This document shows, one piece after another, positions 1 to 10,120 of a stretch of 64,000 nt of DNA. This stretch comes from Poseidonia sp. GTDB lineage: Archaea > Thermoplasmatota > Poseidoniia > Poseidoniales > Poseidoniaceae. Under the pieces are notes generated by a model. The model was not told the DNA's origin. It worked only from the letters and a program-made list of their open reading frames with translations, and did not search any database. Every line of letters begins with the position of its first letter. Position 1 is the first letter of the stretch. The DNA lies in assembly GCA_965661285.1 (NCBI GenBank), contig CBFIDD010000003.1, positions 160,001 through 224,000 of the forward strand, read 5' to 3'. The translations under genes and the position numbers were made by a program.

Positions 1-851
1 TAGTGGGGCACTTGTTGTGGCGTGTAGAGTTGGAGACGCCCGTTCGGGTCCCAATGGGCCACCACCGCATGGGGTTCTGTGAAACCGTGATGAACTCCCA
101 TCATGGTCCACGAGCCGTGGGACGAGGCGTGGGGCGTCTTGACCAGCGAGCGGTCGCCAAATTCCTGGAACACGCGCTTTTGCACGTTGGTGCGAGCGAG
201 GTGGTACTTTCCGCGCCAATGAATGGGCTCGTCGTGGTCCTCAAGGCCCTTTTTCGGGTCGAAGACCGGTTCCAACTCTTCCCATTCGATGTCGAACAAC
301 GAGAGGGCTTCGATGGCGGTGGCTTCGTCCACAGCAGCCACGCAAGCGACCAAATCTCCGACGTGGCGGACTTTCTCAACCGCCATGGCATGCTCGTCCT
401 TGGTCACGGGAAGCACACCGAATCGGTTGGGTGCGTCCTCACCGGTCGAGACGGCAATGACGCCAGGCAGGGCTTCCACCCGGCTGGTGTCGATGGATTT
501 GATGCGAGCATAGTGGTGCGGTGAACGGAGGATTTTACCAATCAGTTCACCGGGGAGACGAACATCATCGCCATACCACGCCTGTCCGGTGACTTTGGCG
601 TTGGAATCAACCAGCGGTATCGATTTCCCAACCACCGTGCCGGTTCGGTCACGGTCGTGGATGTGGTCGCCAGCAGGTTTGGCCTCTTTTCCACCCACGG
701 TTTCGGGAATGAAGTCCAAATCCCTCGGGCGCATGACGGGTTCGCTCCCGCCGGAACCTGGAGGCGGGAAGACCTGTTTTCCTGCCACCCGCTTCCCGTC
801 CTTGCGCACCTCTGAGGAGGAGGCCCCTGGTTGTTGACGATAGCTTCCCAT
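1..851 (-). CDS. Xanthine dehydrogenase family molybdopterin-binding (large) subunit, 3' end truncated by the window
   Basis: Absent from the ORF track. Read manually from the ATG at 851: MGSYRQQPG...VVGKSIPLVDSNAKVTGQAWYGDDVRLPGELIGKILRSPHHYARIKSIDTS...EKVRHVGDLVACVAA...HGFTEPHAVVA...TPQQVPHY. These are typical XdhA/CoxL/HcrA N-terminal motifs. It lies directly downstream of the 2Fe-2S subunit gene. Confidence 0.92.
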   Translation of the reverse strand, partial: MGSYRQQPGASSSEVRKDGKRVAGKQVFPPPGSGGSEPVMRPRDLDFIPETVGGKEAKPAGDHIHDRDRTGTVVGKSIPLVDSNAKVTGQAWYGDDVRLPGELIGKILRSPHHYARIKSIDTSRVEALPGVIAVSTGEDAPNRFGVLPVTKDEHAMAVEKVRHVGDLVACVAAVDEATAIEALSLFDIEWEELEPVFDPKKGLEDHDEPIHWRGKYHLARTNVQKRVFQEFGDRSLVKTPHASSHGSWTMMGVHHGFTEPHAVVAHWDPNGRLQLYTPQQVPH

Positions 852-856
852 GGTGA

Positions 857-1486
857 TCACTTCGCATGGCCAGGCGGCATCGTGGGCTCTCCTGGACCCG
901 AAGGATGCGGGTCAGGATGGGGATGGCTGGCCGGTTCGCTCGGGGCGACATCGCCACGGTGGATGGCTGCGGCTGCTTCGATGGAATCGATGATTTGTTG
1001 GTAGCCCGTGCAACGACAGAGATTGCCTTCAATGGCACAGGCAATTTCTTCTCGCGTCGGGTTGTCGTTTTCGTTGAGCAGGGCCTGAGATGCCACCAAG
1101 AATCCCGGGGTGCAGAATCCGCACTGAGAACCTCCGTGCGTGGCGAAACACGTCTGTATGGGTGCAAGATGAGCGCCGTCGGAAAGGCCCTCAACCGTGA
1201 TGATGTCAGCGCCCTGAACTTGACCTGCGAGGGTGAGGCACGAGAGTTTTGGCACTCCGTCGATCATCACGGTGCAGCATCCACAGGTGCCCAAGTCACA
1301 TCCACGCTTGACGCCGAGGGTGCCGACCTTATCGCGGAGCACATCGAGGAGGACGGCATTGCTCGGTGCGAGGACTTCATGAGGCCGACCGTTGACGGTT
1401 GCTGACCACCGTTTGCCCTCCGGCGCAGGAATCATCGAAACGTGCTCTTCACCCACCATGGTCGCCCCTGTTTGGCCGTAGGCCAT
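857..1486 (-). CDS. 2Fe-2S small subunit of a molybdenum hydroxylase (CoxS-like)
   Basis: GVKRGCDLGTCGCCTV...SC and SQCGFCTPG...GNLCRCTGY motifs. Confidence 0.95.
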   Translation of the reverse strand: MAYGQTGATMVGEEHVSMIPAPEGKRWSATVNGRPHEVLAPSNAVLLDVLRDKVGTLGVKRGCDLGTCGCCTVMIDGVPKLSCLTLAGQVQGADIITVEGLSDGAHLAPIQTCFATHGGSQCGFCTPGFLVASQALLNENDNPTREEIACAIEGNLCRCTGYQQIIDSIEAAAAIHRGDVAPSEPASHPHPDPHPSGPGEPTMPPGHAK

Positions 1487-1518
1487 TGACTCTTTGATGA
1501 TTGGGGGGCTGTGGCCTC

Positions 1519-2580
1519 TTATTCTTCCTCAGACGATGTACCGATGAGGTCGTTTTCTGCATATTCGATGGCGTTGCGAAGAACCAGCCCGTGATAGACG
1601 CGAATGTTGCGCTGTTTGACTGCATCATTGACCTCCGTCTCGATTTTTCTCAACACATCGGAGTCCTCCGCCTCCTCAATTTCTTGAAGCAGACGGTTGA
1701 ACTCACGTCGCCGAGCAAAGAAAACGGCGAAGTAAACGGGCACCAAAAGCAACGGAATAACCAATTCTTCAAACACGATTTCGCTGACAAAGGAAAGCGA
1801 AAATTCTGAATAATCGGAATCGTACTCAAAACTGAACGAACCGGGTCCAAGGCCACCGGTGTAGAAGATGCCGGTATTGGCACCAAAATACATGGTAAAC
1901 GGCGTTTCGTCCTCGTCAAAGATATCCGAACCCCGGTCGATTTCGATGTAGTCGGGCCAGCCGTCGTTGTCGTTGTCCGGGTCGAGGACATCCGGGATGG
2001 TGTCCTGGTCGGCGTCGGGTGGGGTGGAGTCCGGATTGTACGGGTCATAGAGAACGGTACCCGAGGAGGCCGAACGCTCCATTTCGTTGCGAATGCCATC
2101 ACCGTCGGCATCGTCGTCGTATTCGTCGGGCAGGAAATCCCCGTCAATGTCGGAACATCCTATCAGCCGAATCTTGCTCTTTCCGTAGATGTTCGGGCAG
2201 TTATCACTGAGCGAATGAAGGCCTTGGTCAGCATAGCCATCGCCATCGGTATCGGACCAAATCATCCCGTCCTCGGGCCAAACATCAACCTCGTCCAGCG
2301 AACCGTCGCCGTCCATGTCCGGGTCGGCAACATCGCCAAGACCGTCACCGTCGAGATCGCGATGCTCAGAAGCGTTGTCGGGAAAAGCATCGGCCCCCAT
2401 GCTTTCGTTCCATCCCTCATCAGGGTCCGACCATCCGTCGCCGTCCGAGTCGAGGCACCCCTGCCGATCCTCGGTCGATGAGCCGGCAACGCACGGTGCA
2501 CCTTGATCCTCCTGTGCTGAAACAGGCATCAGAAGGCAGATGGCGAGCAGCATGGTGAAGGCGAGGCATCGTTCACCCAT
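1519..2580 (-). CDS. Secreted, membrane-anchored protein with thrombospondin type-3-like Ca-binding repeats
   Basis: Signal peptide; repeated DxDGDG/DxDxDG motifs with DAFP and DNCP; C-terminal TM helix followed by RRR and a short cytoplasmic tail. Confidence 0.85.
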   Translation of the reverse strand: MGERCLAFTMLLAICLLMPVSAQEDQGAPCVAGSSTEDRQGCLDSDGDGWSDPDEGWNESMGADAFPDNASEHRDLDGDGLGDVADPDMDGDGSLDEVDVWPEDGMIWSDTDGDGYADQGLHSLSDNCPNIYGKSKIRLIGCSDIDGDFLPDEYDDDADGDGIRNEMERSASSGTVLYDPYNPDSTPPDADQDTIPDVLDPDNDNDGWPDYIEIDRGSDIFDEDETPFTMYFGANTGIFYTGGLGPGSFSFEYDSDYSEFSLSFVSEIVFEELVIPLLLVPVYFAVFFARRREFNRLLQEIEEAEDSDVLRKIETEVNDAVKQRNIRVYHGLVLRNAIEYAENDLIGTSSEEE

Positions 2581-2699
2581 GCCTACTCCACCCAGCGTGC
2601 ACTAATGGCTTTTTTTCAACAAAAGGTCGGCGGGCAACCATGCTGTTGAGGTGACATTCCATCCAAGGTTTGAAAAAGAAACCCGCCGTATTTTACCAT

Positions 2700-3233
2700 A
2701 TGCAAAAGTTCACCGTGATGTTGACGCTCATGCTTCTTCTTTTCCCGCTTACGGGTTGCACGGCTGACGAGGAGACCGAACGCCAAGCCTTCCCTTCCTT
2801 TTCTGCCGTAGCCGACGACAACCAAACCTACGACAATGCGCGAATGGCCGGAAGTGCCTTCATCGTTGTGTTTTCTGCGGAATGGTGCAACAGCCCCTGT
2901 CACACCACGATGCACGCAATTTGGGATGCAAAAGCCGGACTCCCCGTTCTGGTCATGTCCACCGACCCCGCAGAAAACGCAGGGAGCATGACACTGAGCG
3001 ATTGGCATGCTTCGGCCAACGCACACGACGACGAGGAGGGCGATACAGGCGTCGACCTCACAACGTATGCGTTCATGAAGGGCAGTGAGGTGGCGGCCGA
3101 ACTCGATATCACACGGCCCGGTTCGCTGGCGTTCGTTAACGGAGAGGGTGAAATCACCTATCTTCACGAAGGTCGTTTGGACGACATTGCAGAGATCCTC
3201 GCAAAGTGGAACGAAGCCAATGGAACGGCTTGA
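2700..3233 (+). CDS. Thioredoxin-fold (redoxin-like) lipoprotein
   Basis: Lipobox LTGC; redoxin-like segments VVFSAEWCNSPC and FVNGEGEITY; start taken at ATG 2700. Confidence 0.7.
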   Translation: MQKFTVMLTLMLLLFPLTGCTADEETERQAFPSFSAVADDNQTYDNARMAGSAFIVVFSAEWCNSPCHTTMHAIWDAKAGLPVLVMSTDPAENAGSMTLSDWHASANAHDDEEGDTGVDLTTYAFMKGSEVAAELDITRPGSLAFVNGEGEITYLHEGRLDDIAEILAKWNEANGTA

Positions 3234-3238
3234 ACGAA

Positions 3239-5218
3239 TCACTCCACCAGTTTGGCGTCGTCAACGACGGCTGCAATATCAGCGTCGTTCTTCGTCCAGT
3301 CGATGACTTCAACGTGAGCTGAACCCTCAGCCTTGTTGAGAACGATCATCGCCGTAATGAGCAAGAGCACCAGGAGCAGCACGATGCTCGGTGCCACCCA
3401 TCCGGGGAGGTCGCCAAACAAGCCGTCGTCATCACCGTTTGCAAAGGTCTTCGCATTGGCCGTGTCCATCAGCATCACGTTCACGGAGACGAGGGAAGTG
3501 GCAGAATGCCCGCCGCTTTCGTTGGCGGCCAAACCTCGCAGAGAAAGCGTATGGTTCCCTTCCACCTCAATCCCGGGAAGGTGTTCGAGTTGGTGAACGA
3601 TGGTGGTCAAGTCAAGCGTGGCTTTCTCGTCGCCTTCGTCAAACGTGTGAAGGTTCGCCCAGTCGTCCCTCAGATGGTTGCTGCGCCACTGTACGGTGTC
3701 AAGATAGCCGTTGAGGTCAATTTCAATCTCATCGCCTGGCATGAGGTGAATGCGGTCGTCAACGCCAACTTCGGTGGTCACCGTCAACGCAACGGAGGCA
3801 TCGAGTTGGTAATCGCGCTGAGCGGCCTCCATCACGGCAGCAAGGGCCTCAACATGGCCGTGGCCGTACACGTTGTTTTGACGGTTTTTCGGAATCTGAT
3901 CCTCCAAACAAGGTTCGTTGGCCAGCATGTAATGACATTCTCGGTAAGTGGCTGTTTCTTGGAGAATGTTTCGAACGTCAAACGGTGAAAGGTCCGGATT
4001 GGCCTGCAACATCAAGGCCACCGTTCCGGCCACACCGGGTGTGGCCATGCTCGTGCCGCTGAAGGCCACGTACCCGTCGCCAGAATTGTGCTGTGCGGAC
4101 ATGACGTCCGAGCCAACAAAGGCCACATTCGGTTTGACCCGGCCTTCTTCCGTTGGCCCCTGACTGCTGTACACGGCGATGGCTGTGTTCTTGTCCAGGG
4201 CGCCCACCGTGATGACATCCTCTGCGGAACCCGGGGTGCCAATTTGAGCGGAGGCGAAACTGTTTCCGGCAGCGATGAGCATGGTGATACCGGCGCGAAC
4301 CATCTCGTTGGCGTAGCGGTTCACGCTGTCCTCCTCAGCGGATGTCCATTCAATGGGACCCGGACCGCCCAAACTCATGGAGGCTGCGCGGATGTTGAAT
4401 TCATAGCGGTGGTCGACCGTCCACTGCATGCCGGCCATGACGGTAGCAAAGCTTCCTGAACCGTCGGCGTCGAGGACTTTCACGCCCACCAAAAACGCCT
4501 GAGGCGCCATACCCGGGTGTTCAAAGGTCGGAGCACCCGTCCCCGCTACGGTTCCAGCGCAATGCGTGCCGTGCCCTTGGTCGTCATACGCTTGAATTTC
4601 GGTGCCGTTGGTTTTGTCTGGATTGTTGACGGCGTCGTAGAAGGCGATGACCTTCGGGTCCATCGTGCTGTTGTCGTCGTCCAAGTCATCAAGGCCGACG
4701 TGGAGACTGTCAATGCCGGTGTCGATGACGGCGACCGTTACACCCGAGCCATCATAGCCGGTTTGCTGCTGAGCGAGATCCACTTCGTGAATGACGGCAG
4801 CATCGCCGTTCTGCACCTCAAGCATACCGTCAAGTTCCAGCATGACAACACCCGGAAGGGTGGTCGTTTCGAGGATCATGTTGTGAGGAATACGACCGGC
4901 AACAGCATCGATAAGCGGGAGGTTCCACTGGTGGACGTAGCCCACTTCACGCTCAAGCATGGCGATGTCCGACTCGGTGGGGGTGTGGTCGAAATCAACG
5001 ATGAGCGGGAGGGTGCTGGCCTCGTCAAGGAAAAGAGGGTGGTCGTGGTATTTCTCAACCATGTCCGCAATGTTGTTGCGGTTCTTGTCCATGGAGGTGG
5101 TGTGCCACCACGCCTCTTCCGAGGGCGACGGCTCCCCTGCGTGGACCGGCATGGCCAAGGCCAAGACCGGCGTGAGCATCAGGCAAAAACACAGCACACT
5201 GAGCAGGGGACGCATCAT
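3239..5218 (-). CDS. S8 subtilisin-like serine peptidase, secreted, with C-terminal TM anchor
   Basis: Catalytic triad motifs VIDTG, HGTHCAG, GTSMATP; oxyanion motif AAGN; signal peptide from MMRPLLSV. Confidence 0.95.
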   Translation of the reverse strand: MMRPLLSVLCFCLMLTPVLALAMPVHAGEPSPSEEAWWHTTSMDKNRNNIADMVEKYHDHPLFLDEASTLPLIVDFDHTPTESDIAMLEREVGYVHQWNLPLIDAVAGRIPHNMILETTTLPGVVMLELDGMLEVQNGDAAVIHEVDLAQQQTGYDGSGVTVAVIDTGIDSLHVGLDDLDDDNSTMDPKVIAFYDAVNNPDKTNGTEIQAYDDQGHGTHCAGTVAGTGAPTFEHPGMAPQAFLVGVKVLDADGSGSFATVMAGMQWTVDHRYEFNIRAASMSLGGPGPIEWTSAEEDSVNRYANEMVRAGITMLIAAGNSFASAQIGTPGSAEDVITVGALDKNTAIAVYSSQGPTEEGRVKPNVAFVGSDVMSAQHNSGDGYVAFSGTSMATPGVAGTVALMLQANPDLSPFDVRNILQETATYRECHYMLANEPCLEDQIPKNRQNNVYGHGHVEALAAVMEAAQRDYQLDASVALTVTTEVGVDDRIHLMPGDEIEIDLNGYLDTVQWRSNHLRDDWANLHTFDEGDEKATLDLTTIVHQLEHLPGIEVEGNHTLSLRGLAANESGGHSATSLVSVNVMLMDTANAKTFANGDDDGLFGDLPGWVAPSIVLLLVLLLITAMIVLNKAEGSAHVEVIDWTKNDADIAAVVDDAKLVE

Positions 5219-5376
5219 GGAATTCTCCTCGTATCTCGCCACTCCTCGGCAGGTTTTCAATTCATTGGAGGCTTGTGAGGCCCCGCAGAGACACCACGCT
5301 CCACGAGAGAGTCTATTCCTCGGGTGCCGCGGGTATAATATTAAGTGGAGAAGCAGGAGATTCCACCGCGATTCCG

Positions 5377-8300
5377 ATGGCAGCCCCAAAGAGAAGAGCC
5401 GCACCTGTACGAGCCAAAGCACAACCCGCTGGAACCCCAGCCCTCTCCGGCGGACTGGTGGCTGGCATGGAAACTCCGCAAGAAAGCATCACCTTGGTAC
5501 GCCCGAACCAAAATCTCAACCGAGACGATTTGCTGTTGATGAAGCTCTCGCAAATCGTCATGATGGGCATTGGGTTTCTTTCCATTTGGGGAGGCGTTTT
5601 CAGTGTCGCCTTTGATGAGGACGCAACGAATCAAAATTTCCTCGTTCTGTTCGTAGGCGGCCTCGCCTCGTTTTTGGTCTCAATCTTTTTGATTGAAGTT
5701 CAATCAAAGAAAAATGACTACAGGCTGAAAGACATTCAGAATTATTTCCTCGGTATCGCATTTTTCTTTTCCACCGTCGGCGTGTTGTGGGGAACCCGTT
5801 TCATGATGGGGTATGCAACAGGCACGCTCGAGCTTGATTGGTTTGGCTCGCCAGACGCCTACACCGAAGTGGACTGGTCGCCAAACGCCAACGGCATTTA
5901 CGCACAGACGGTCACGTGTTTGCTGCTCACGTTCGGTCATTTCTTGCTGCTTAAGCGCTACAGTGGCGATACCAGTTTCGGCTGGGGTGTGGCAACCTAT
6001 GCTCCCATGGCCGTCCTCATCGCCGGGGTTGGCCCTTGGATTCGCTGGTCGGAGAACCTGGTAAGTTGGGAACTTGGCGTCGCTATTGTGCTGATCTCCT
6101 TCGTCTCCATGGAGATGGCCCTTCGCTCAAACCGCGCCCTCAATTTTGTCGTGGTGGCGGTTGCAGCCTGTATCGTCCCCATCATCTACGAAGTCCTGAA
6201 CAGCGAAGCCCCTGATGACGGCATTGGCGGGGCCCTCTCCCTGATGGTCTTCATCATCGCCATGCAGGGCTACTATGCGTCTCGTCAAGACCTGCGCAAG
6301 GAAGTCATGGAGCGAGCCTCGGCGGTGCTCATCGGCACCGTCGTTGTCGCTATCGCCCTGGCCCGAACCGAGCCCGATTTCAACCTCATTCTCGGGCCGT
6401 TCCGAGCGGGCGATTATCCAGAACTCGCCTCCTATCTCAACATCCCCGTAGCGCTGTGGATTACGGTCCTGTTGGCCTATTTCCCCGCTGTCCTCCAGCA
6501 GCGTGTCCCATGGATGCCCGTTGGACTTGCGGTGGCCCTGGCGGTGCTGCCTCCCGAAGCCTCCACGGTCCCTTGGGTGCTGAGCATGGTGATGATTCCC
6601 TACATGGTGTTCATCTCAAAGGTCGCACGCCCGTGGGTGGTCAACATCACCATATTGGCCTTCAGCGGTGCTTACCTGCTGACGGATTGGGCGGGCATTG
6701 CTGCCGACTTGACCGCCAAGGAAACGTACGGTGGAACCTGGCTCCACGTCTTGCTCCCCGTCTTTATGGTGGCTGTTTCGGAAGCAGGCCGACGAACGGA
6801 GAAACTCGAAACGAGCACGAGTCTGGCCTTGCTCGGTGCGGTTGTGCTCTCCAGAGCCGTGCTTGACCCCGAATGGTTCCTGCCCTGGCTCTTGGTGGCC
6901 TACATGGCGTTCATGAGCTACAGCATGTTGCTCCAGTACCCTTCTCCGACCGTGAAACAACGAAAGGACATCACCCTTGCACTCATTGTGACATCCCTCA
7001 CCGTGCTGCTGCTCGCTGCTCTTGATAATCTCAAATTACCGCCCAGTTCAGCCTTTGACAGCATCGTGGACATGGGGATGCGACCGCAGTTCTTTGTGGT
7101 CAGCATCGTCCTGTATCTTCTCGCAGCAAAGGCGGCAGGGAAAGAGTTCGATGTTGGTTCCATCTTTTCCTGGTTCGGCCAAGGCAACCAAGACGAACTT
7201 GTTTACAACACGGCATCGAATGCGTGGGAAGTTCAGGACATCAGTAAGTTGGACCGCGACGCACTCATCGCATCGGCCGAACTCACCCCGCTTGCGCGAT
7301 TCAGTTTGCTGTCGTCCTTGGTGATGTTTACCTTCTCCATCAGCGATGTGAACGCCACCACGTGGGCCGACCAGCCCGCTCTTGTGTTGCTCATGGTGAT
7401 TCCAGTTGGTATGCTGATTCGAGAAGTCCTTGCCATGGACAGCATCAGTTCAGCCACCCGGGCCACGGCCGTGACCCTGCTGGTGCTCATCGCTGCACCG
7501 CTGTCAATCTCTCTGGGAGAGAATGTTTGGGGGACATCCGCGGACATTCAAACCTCTAACATCTTGCTTGACGGCATTCTGGTGAGCGCACCCCTCATCG
7601 TCAACGCCGTCATTGCGAGGCGAGGACTGGACAAGGGTGAATTGGACAGAAACAGCGACGGAGTGGCCTACATTATGCTGCTTCTTCTTGGGATGCTCGA
7701 TACGTCCGGGGGCTTGCTCCTGCTGCCCATCCTGCTGTTGGTCACCGCCCGACTCGTTCAGTTCAGGTTCTACCTCCTGCTTTCGTTCACGCCGCTTGCC
7801 CTCGTCTTCCTGGGCTCCGGATGGTACTCACACGGCCTGTTCAACGCCTTTTTGGACACCCTGCCAGCGAGTTTCCAAGATTACCTTCTCGACCGGCATG
7901 CTGGACCCTTCCCCGCCTTTATTGGATTGCTGGTCGGCACGCAGATGCTCTTCGGGCTGTCCCGCCTCTACACCTCTGATGAAGATGAGCTGGAATCGAG
8001 CTTGACGATGTTGTTGATGGCGCTTTGGCTGATCATTTCACTGTTCAGCAGCGTTCCTGATGGCTATTGGCTGCCCACGTTGGCGTGTGTGGTTTTGTTG
8101 CCGTATTTCTGGTACACCAACAACAGCCAAACCTTCCCCTACATGCTCGGCGCCCTGTTTGTTTCGCTTTACATTGGATTCTCCCTCAGCGAAACCTTCC
8201 AACCCATCACCGAAGCCGACGCCATCGGCTGGAGCGGGATGCTCACGGGCCTCACCGGTAGTGGAATGGGTCTCATGCATCAACGAGGCATCCTGTTTCG

Positions 8301-9519
8301 GTCCCCACCCGAGACCGATGACGACATCAAACTGGCCGACTCCACCGCCTCGCTCGCCCTCCAACTCGGAGCGCTCGGTTATGTTGGTGGCTACTCGGTG
8401 TTCTTTGGCATCGGCCCTGTCATTGGATTGGTCCTGCTCGGGCGGTCTGCGCTCAAGGACGGACGTCCGAACAGCATCATCGCTTTGCCAATTTTGTTGA
8501 CCTTCAGCATCGTGAACATGTTGGTTCAAGCGGACATCGGAACCGATGACCAACGCCAGACCATCACCGGGTTGACGCTTGCCGTGCAGGGCATCATGCT
8601 CACGTTGCTCTCAGCTAGGGACGACATGGTCTACGATTACAAGGCGTTGAAGTGGGACTCGGATGAGTCCTTCTTTGCGTTCATGGACCGCTTGGGCGTG
8701 AGCGGTGCATTTTATTCCATCATCGGGTTCTTCATCGCCTTTGACAGTGTTAATCTCGACTCTGTTGCCTACTTGCTGACCACGGTGTATCTGGTCGTCA
8801 TCGGCATCCAAGGCTTTAGCGACGAGGCCGATGCCCGTTGGCGTCGTGGGATTGGTGGCTACGGTTCGATTCTCACGGCGTTCCTGTTCGCTAACTCCTT
8901 GGACAGCGTGTTGTACAGTGCCATCGGCATCGTCATGACCGGTATGGTTGCGCTTGGATTTGGATTCCTGTTCATGCAGAGAATGAACGAAGAAGATGGC
9001 ATCTATGAAATGAGCGAGGCTCTGCCTCTGCCTCCATCGGATGATGAACCAGAAGACATCCCTGCCATGGTTGACCTTGACGATGCCGTAGAGGAATCCG
9101 ATGACGACGAGACGATTGATGGGGACGGACCTGTAGACGTCCAAGACGAGGAAGAAGACGCGTTTGATTTCGAGGATTTGGAGGACATCGAAGACGAGGA
9201 AGAAGACGACTCCGACATTGAGCTGGTCGATGAACCTGAGGAGGATGAAGCGGTTGAAGAAGTCAAGGAGGTCATCCCCGAACCTGTTGAAAAGAAGGAA
9301 ACAAAACCAGCCGCTCAAGCAAAACCAAAACCTCAGAAGACCCACAGTGGACTGTTGGACACCGGCGAAGGATTTGCTCTGCGGCTGCCAAAGGACGCGG
9401 TTCAAAACATTCTGAGTTCACTCGACCAAACACCCCACGAGGGGTATGTTCCGGTCGTGGCCTTTGGACCGAACGGTCAGATCATGCTGACGTTTGAATC
9501 CGAGAACACCAATGCATGA
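5377..9519 (+). CDS. Very large polytopic membrane protein with acidic C-terminal region, function unknown
   Basis: About 1380 aa open frame with dozens of hydrophobic helices, then a D/E-rich linker and a small terminal domain; start at MAAPKRR chosen by inference. Confidence 0.8.
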   Translation: MAAPKRRAAPVRAKAQPAGTPALSGGLVAGMETPQESITLVRPNQNLNRDDLLLMKLSQIVMMGIGFLSIWGGVFSVAFDEDATNQNFLVLFVGGLASFLVSIFLIEVQSKKNDYRLKDIQNYFLGIAFFFSTVGVLWGTRFMMGYATGTLELDWFGSPDAYTEVDWSPNANGIYAQTVTCLLLTFGHFLLLKRYSGDTSFGWGVATYAPMAVLIAGVGPWIRWSENLVSWELGVAIVLISFVSMEMALRSNRALNFVVVAVAACIVPIIYEVLNSEAPDDGIGGALSLMVFIIAMQGYYASRQDLRKEVMERASAVLIGTVVVAIALARTEPDFNLILGPFRAGDYPELASYLNIPVALWITVLLAYFPAVLQQRVPWMPVGLAVALAVLPPEASTVPWVLSMVMIPYMVFISKVARPWVVNITILAFSGAYLLTDWAGIAADLTAKETYGGTWLHVLLPVFMVAVSEAGRRTEKLETSTSLALLGAVVLSRAVLDPEWFLPWLLVAYMAFMSYSMLLQYPSPTVKQRKDITLALIVTSLTVLLLAALDNLKLPPSSAFDSIVDMGMRPQFFVVSIVLYLLAAKAAGKEFDVGSIFSWFGQGNQDELVYNTASNAWEVQDISKLDRDALIASAELTPLARFSLLSSLVMFTFSISDVNATTWADQPALVLLMVIPVGMLIREVLAMDSISSATRATAVTLLVLIAAPLSISLGENVWGTSADIQTSNILLDGILVSAPLIVNAVIARRGLDKGELDRNSDGVAYIMLLLLGMLDTSGGLLLLPILLLVTARLVQFRFYLLLSFTPLALVFLGSGWYSHGLFNAFLDTLPASFQDYLLDRHAGPFPAFIGLLVGTQMLFGLSRLYTSDEDELESSLTMLLMALWLIISLFSSVPDGYWLPTLACVVLLPYFWYTNNSQTFPYMLGALFVSLYIGFSLSETFQPITEADAIGWSGMLTGLTGSGMGLMHQRGILFRSPPETDDDIKLADSTASLALQLGALGYVGGYSVFFGIGPVIGLVLLGRSALKDGRPNSIIALPILLTFSIVNMLVQADIGTDDQRQTITGLTLAVQGIMLTLLSARDDMVYDYKALKWDSDESFFAFMDRLGVSGAFYSIIGFFIAFDSVNLDSVAYLLTTVYLVVIGIQGFSDEADARWRRGIGGYGSILTAFLFANSLDSVLYSAIGIVMTGMVALGFGFLFMQRMNEEDGIYEMSEALPLPPSDDEPEDIPAMVDLDDAVEESDDDETIDGDGPVDVQDEEEDAFDFEDLEDIEDEEEDDSDIELVDEPEEDEAVEEVKEVIPEPVEKKETKPAAQAKPKPQKTHSGLLDTGEGFALRLPKDAVQNILSSLDQTPHEGYVPVVAFGPNGQIMLTFESENTNA

Positions 9520-9571
9520 ACGACGTGAGCATCGGCGAAGAATCAAGACCCTTCGCCCTTAACGGTCGTGC

Positions 9572-10120
9572 ATGGACAAGCGAGAGCAACGCATGGTTTG
9601 GATTGACCTTGAAATGACCGGCCTTGACCTCAGCAAAGAGTCCATCATCGAAATCGCCACCGTCGTGACCGACAGCGAGTTGAACGTGCTCGCCACCGGC
9701 CCAAACCTCGCCATCACCGTGGATGAATCCTTGATTGAAGGGATGGACGAATGGAACACGAGGCATCATCATCGCAGCGGACTTGTGGACCGCATTCGCA
9801 ACGAAGGTGTGAGCGTGCAAGAAGCCGAACAGGCCACCCTTGCGTTCCTCAATCAGTGGGTGGATGAAAACAAAGCGCCGCTGTGTGGCAACAGCGTTTG
9901 GAACGACCGCCAATTCCTCGCCAAGGAAATGCCCGAACTGTTGGCGTTCCTTCACTATCGCATGGTCGATGTTTCAACCATCAAAGAACTGAGCAGGCGC
10001 TGGTACACGGGTCTGCCACGATTTCCCAAAAAAGGCGCCCATCTGGCCCTTGACGACATTTTGGAATCCATTGAGGAGTTGAAGTACTTCAGGGCGCACG
10101 TTTTCGTTGCTCAAGCTTGA
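9572..10120 (+). CDS. orn: Oligoribonuclease (DEDDh family)
   Basis: MVWIDLEMTGL, IIEIAT, PLCGNSV, HYRMVDVSTIKEL, HLALDDILESIEELKYFR. Confidence 0.95.
   Translation: MDKREQRMVWIDLEMTGLDLSKESIIEIATVVTDSELNVLATGPNLAITVDESLIEGMDEWNTRHHHRSGLVDRIRNEGVSVQEAEQATLAFLNQWVDENKAPLCGNSVWNDRQFLAKEMPELLAFLHYRMVDVSTIKELSRRWYTGLPRFPKKGAHLALDDILESIEELKYFRAHVFVAQA

Noticed and set aside
1-851. Aerobic CO dehydrogenase call
   Set aside because: The diagnostic active-site loop is outside the window, so only a family-level call is supported.
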